64,000 nucleotides of DNA from positions 201,128,001-201,192,000 of the forward strand of contig NC_042997.1 of the NCBI RefSeq assembly GCF_006345805.1. Direction: 5' to 3'. Each line of letters starts with the position of its first letter. The stretch's first letter is position 1. Shown here piece by piece: positions 60,570 through 64,000 of the stretch. The position numbers were made by a program, and so were the translations under genes. This DNA is from Octopus sinensis (taxonomy: Eukaryota). A model generated the notes under the pieces. That model ran no database searches and was not told the DNA's origin. It saw nothing but the letters and a program-made list of their open reading frames with translations.

Positions 60570-60980
60570 TATACTCTTTTACTCTTTTATTTGTTTCAGT
60601 CATTTGACTGTGGCCATGCTGGAGCACCGCCTTTTAGTCAATCAAATCGACCCCAGGACTTATTTTCTGTAAGCCTAGTACTTATTCTATCAGTCTCTTT
60701 TGCCAAACCACTAAGTTACAGGAATGTAAATACACAAGTATTGGTTGTTAAGCGATGTTGGGGGACAAACACAGACACACAAATACACACACACACACAT
60801 ATATACATATACATATATACAACAGGCTTCTTTCAGTTTCCGTCTACCAAATCCACTCACAAGGCTTTGGTCGGCCAGAGGTTATAGTAGAAAACATTTT
60901 GCCCAAGGTCCCACGCAATGGGATTGAACCCGGAACCATGTGGTTAGTAAACAAGCTACTTACCACACAGCCACTCCTGC
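60570..60980 (-). mobile_element. SINE-A, full length
   Basis: Matches 10735-11130; a plus-strand SINE-A head also lies at 60262-60425. Confidence 0.9.
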
Positions 60981-60994
60981 ATGAAAGAACTAAT

Positions 60995-62140
60995 CTTCTA
61001 CCCAGTGTAATGGGTACTTTTACATGCCACCAGCATGGGTGCCAGTAGCATGACACCAGTACCTACCATGACTACCATTTCACTTGACTTGATTGGTCTT
61101 CTTCTCAAGCATGGAATATTGCCAAAAGTCTTGATCATTTACCATTGCCTCTGTTTGGCCCAATGCTTGAAAGGTGCTTTTTACGTGCCACTGTCAAAGG
61201 TGCCACTTATGCAATACCAGCTTTGGCCACATTGCCTCCATGAAGCCTAACACTCAACAGGTGCATTCCAAGTGCCACCCGCACAGGTGCCAGTTGCCTC
61301 CATGAGACCCAACTCTCAAAAGTGTTTTTTACGTGCCACTGGTATGGTTGCCACAACTATGGTTTCAGCGAAGGTTTCAGTCACTCGTCATTGTTTCTGT
61401 GAGGTCCAATGTACAAATATCCTACTTCACTACCTCATCACATATCTTCCTGGATCAAACTCTTCCACAGGTTCCCTCCACAGTTAGAGATCAGCACTTC
61501 TTTACACAACTGTCCTCGTCTATACATATCACATGACCATACCAGTGCAGTCGTTTCTCTTACATACCACATCTGATGCTCCTTATGCCCAACTTTTCTC
61601 TCAAAATGCTTACATTCTGTAATACATGCACGCTGACATTGCACATCCTGCAAAGCATGCTAACTTCATTTCTTTCAAGTGTACACATGTCCTCGGTGAT
61701 CACAGCCTATGTTACACCGCTGTGTAGCATAACTGTTTGCATTATACAACCTACCTTTCACTCTGAGGAAGAGGCCCTTTATTGCCCACAGAGGTAGGAG
61801 CTCTCTGAACTTTAGCCATCCTATATTTATTCTTGCAGCTATGCTCTCAGAGCATCCACCTCTGATACTGACTTGGTCACCTAGCAGAAGCTATCAACTA
61901 CCTCTAGCAAACACCCATGGCAGTTGATAGAGTCTATTTTCTGTACATTTTTAGTATTTATTGTATCTGTGCACTTGACTACAGCAAATATTCTGCTCAA
62001 TACCACAGATTTGCTTGTCAGTTGCTTGACAATAACCAGTTGAGCATGTTCTTTGGTTGGCTGATTATATGTGCGTCTCTGGTCATGAGCAGGGGCTTTT
62101 CCTGTCTTCATATCCCTCATGGCTTTGTCTACCATGCTTC
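60995..62140 (-). mobile_element. Internally deleted RTE LINE
   Basis: VDKAMRDMKTGKAP joined almost directly to TINTKNVQKIDSINCHG..EVVDSFC, so the RT core and PHD finger are lost; C-terminus and UTR follow. Confidence 0.82.
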
Positions 62141-62149
62141 TGTCTATTC

Positions 62150-62385
62150 ATCATATGTATATGTATAAGTGTGTGTGTATGTATTTGTGTTTGTCCCCCA
62201 CCACTGCTTGACAACCAGTGTTGGTTTGTTTACATCCCTGTAACTTAGCAGTTTGGTAAAAGAGACCGATATAATAAATACCAAGCTTAAAATAACAAAA
62301 ATAAGTTCTGGGGCCATCTCATATATTTCAAGGCAGTGCCCCAGTATGGCCGCAGTCTAACGATTGAAACAAGTAAAAGACGAAC
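62150..62385 (+). mobile_element. SINE-A 3' half
   Basis: GTCCCCCACCACTGCTTGACAACCAG..GAAACAAGTAAAAGA. Confidence 0.78.
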
Positions 62386-62629
62386 GATAAAAGAGACACT
62401 TATCTGAAGTGATTCTGTTCAATATTAACAAACACGAACATCTCCACCAATCAATTAGCAAAGATGGAATTAAAATTGATATTTTGGTATTGTTTTGATT
62501 CCACTCCTTCCATCGTTTTTAGAATGGTATCTCAACTTTGGAATCGACTAACTTGATAATATTTCAACTCAAACAGCTATATCGTAGTTGTTTTTGTTGC
62601 TGTTGTTGTTCTCATAGACATCTTCACCC

Positions 62630-62786
62630 TCTTATGATCATCATCTTCTGATTCTTCACCTTCATCATTATCCTCATCACTATCATCATCACCACCACCA
62701 TCATCATCATCGCCGTTGTCATCATCATCGTCATCATCGTTATCATCACCACCACTATCATCATTGTCATCACCTTCATCACCACC

Positions 62787-62819
<33 letters not shown>

Positions 62820-62948
62820 TATACCATCATCAGCGTTGTCGTCGTCATCATCATCACCATCACCACTATCATCAGTATCATCATTGTCATCACCCTCATC
62901 ACCACCACTGCCACTACCACCACCATCATCATAATCATCATCATCAAT

Positions 62949-62979
<31 letters not shown>

Positions 62980-63117
62980 ATATCATCGTTGTCATCATCA
63001 TCAATATCATCGTTGTCATCATCATCACCACCATCACCACTATCATCACTATCATCATTGTCATCACCTCATCACCACCGCCACGACCATCATCATCATC
63101 ATCATCATCGCTACCAC

Positions 63118-63150
<33 letters not shown>

Positions 63151-63278
63151 TATACCATCATCAGCGTTGTCGTCGTCATCATCATCACCATCACCACTAT
63201 CATCAGTATCATCATTGTCATCACCTCATCACCACCACTGCCACTACCACCACCATCATCATAATCATCATCATCAAT

Positions 63279-63309
<31 letters not shown>

Positions 63310-63490
63310 ATATCATCGTTGTCATCATCATCAATATCATCGTTGTCATCATCATCACCACCATCACCACTATCATCACTATCATCATTGTCATCACCTC
63401 ATCACCACCGCCACGACCATCATCATCATCATCATCATCGCTACCACCACCACCATCACCACCATCACCATCATCATCCTCATTGTCATA
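62630..63490. repeat. (CAT/CAC)n compound tract with a ~330-bp tandem duplication
   Basis: Matching blocks at 62821/63152 and 62989/63319. Confidence 0.92.
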
Positions 63491-64000
63491 TTTTTCGGTA
63501 TCATCAACCTCCTTATAACAAAAAAAAAACCCTAAAAAACAAAAAAAAAACAATCTCTGATCATTGATCTGCAATTGAAATCAATCACGTCACATGTCAC
63601 CGAGTAGGCAAAAAGAGGACGGAGGACCGTAAACCTAATTTCTGTGATACTTTCACTCCAGAATACAGAAGAAGAGACATGATTAAATAGAAAAGAAGTT
63701 AAGATGGAATTTAATCTGCTTCCCTTCTACAATAATATTTATCCTTCCCTTATGTTTTTAGTTTTCATTTTGAATTCTTTTAGCTTTTGGTTCTTCTGTC
63801 TGATTGCTGGAACTTCCTCCCAGTTGTCTGCATTATTTCCTGGGGTGGTTAAGTCTGTTGCTGTCTACTGCCACAGAATTGAAAGGAAATGTCAAAAAAG
63901 AAAGAAAAAAAAAGAGAAAAAAAAAGGAAAAAAAAGAGAAAAAATCTTCTGCTTCTCATATTCTATCTGTTATGCATACATATATATATATATATATATA

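Overview
This is AT-rich eukaryotic DNA saturated with microsatellites and transposable elements. The repeat repertoire looks like an octopus (coleoid cephalopod) genome; that is an inference from remembered repeat families, not a database match. No host protein-coding gene can be securely called, and almost all of the ORF track is microsatellite translation. Labels used below: SINE-A = tRNA head + CORE-like box + internal microsatellite + (TAAAAGAG)n tail; SINE-B = tRNA head + GAGGTCGACTTTGCCTTTCATCCTTTCGGGGTCGATAAA body; SINE-C = a third tRNA-headed SINE; RTE tail = 3' UTR of an RTE LINE ending in (GAT)n. Coding remnants are all TE-derived: RTE ORF2 with a PHD-type finger, Penelope-like RT and GIY-YIG pieces, R4/Dong-like REL endonuclease, CR1-like C-terminus, mariner, a Chapaev-like transposase and a Helitron helicase. 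The most striking signal is a non-autonomous element present about nine times. It is built as Pol III tRNA-like head - (AAT)n - type I hammerhead ribozyme (GACAC CUGAUGA A GGCUGG..UCAGCC GAAAC GUU GUGUU) - Penelope pLTR end. It occurs as inverted or tandem pairs with two recurrent 3' endpoints, two of the pairs have 12-13 bp target-site duplications, and one copy runs on into the N-terminus of a Penelope ORF. Two further, unrelated degenerate hammerheads lie near 25.1 and 25.8 kb.
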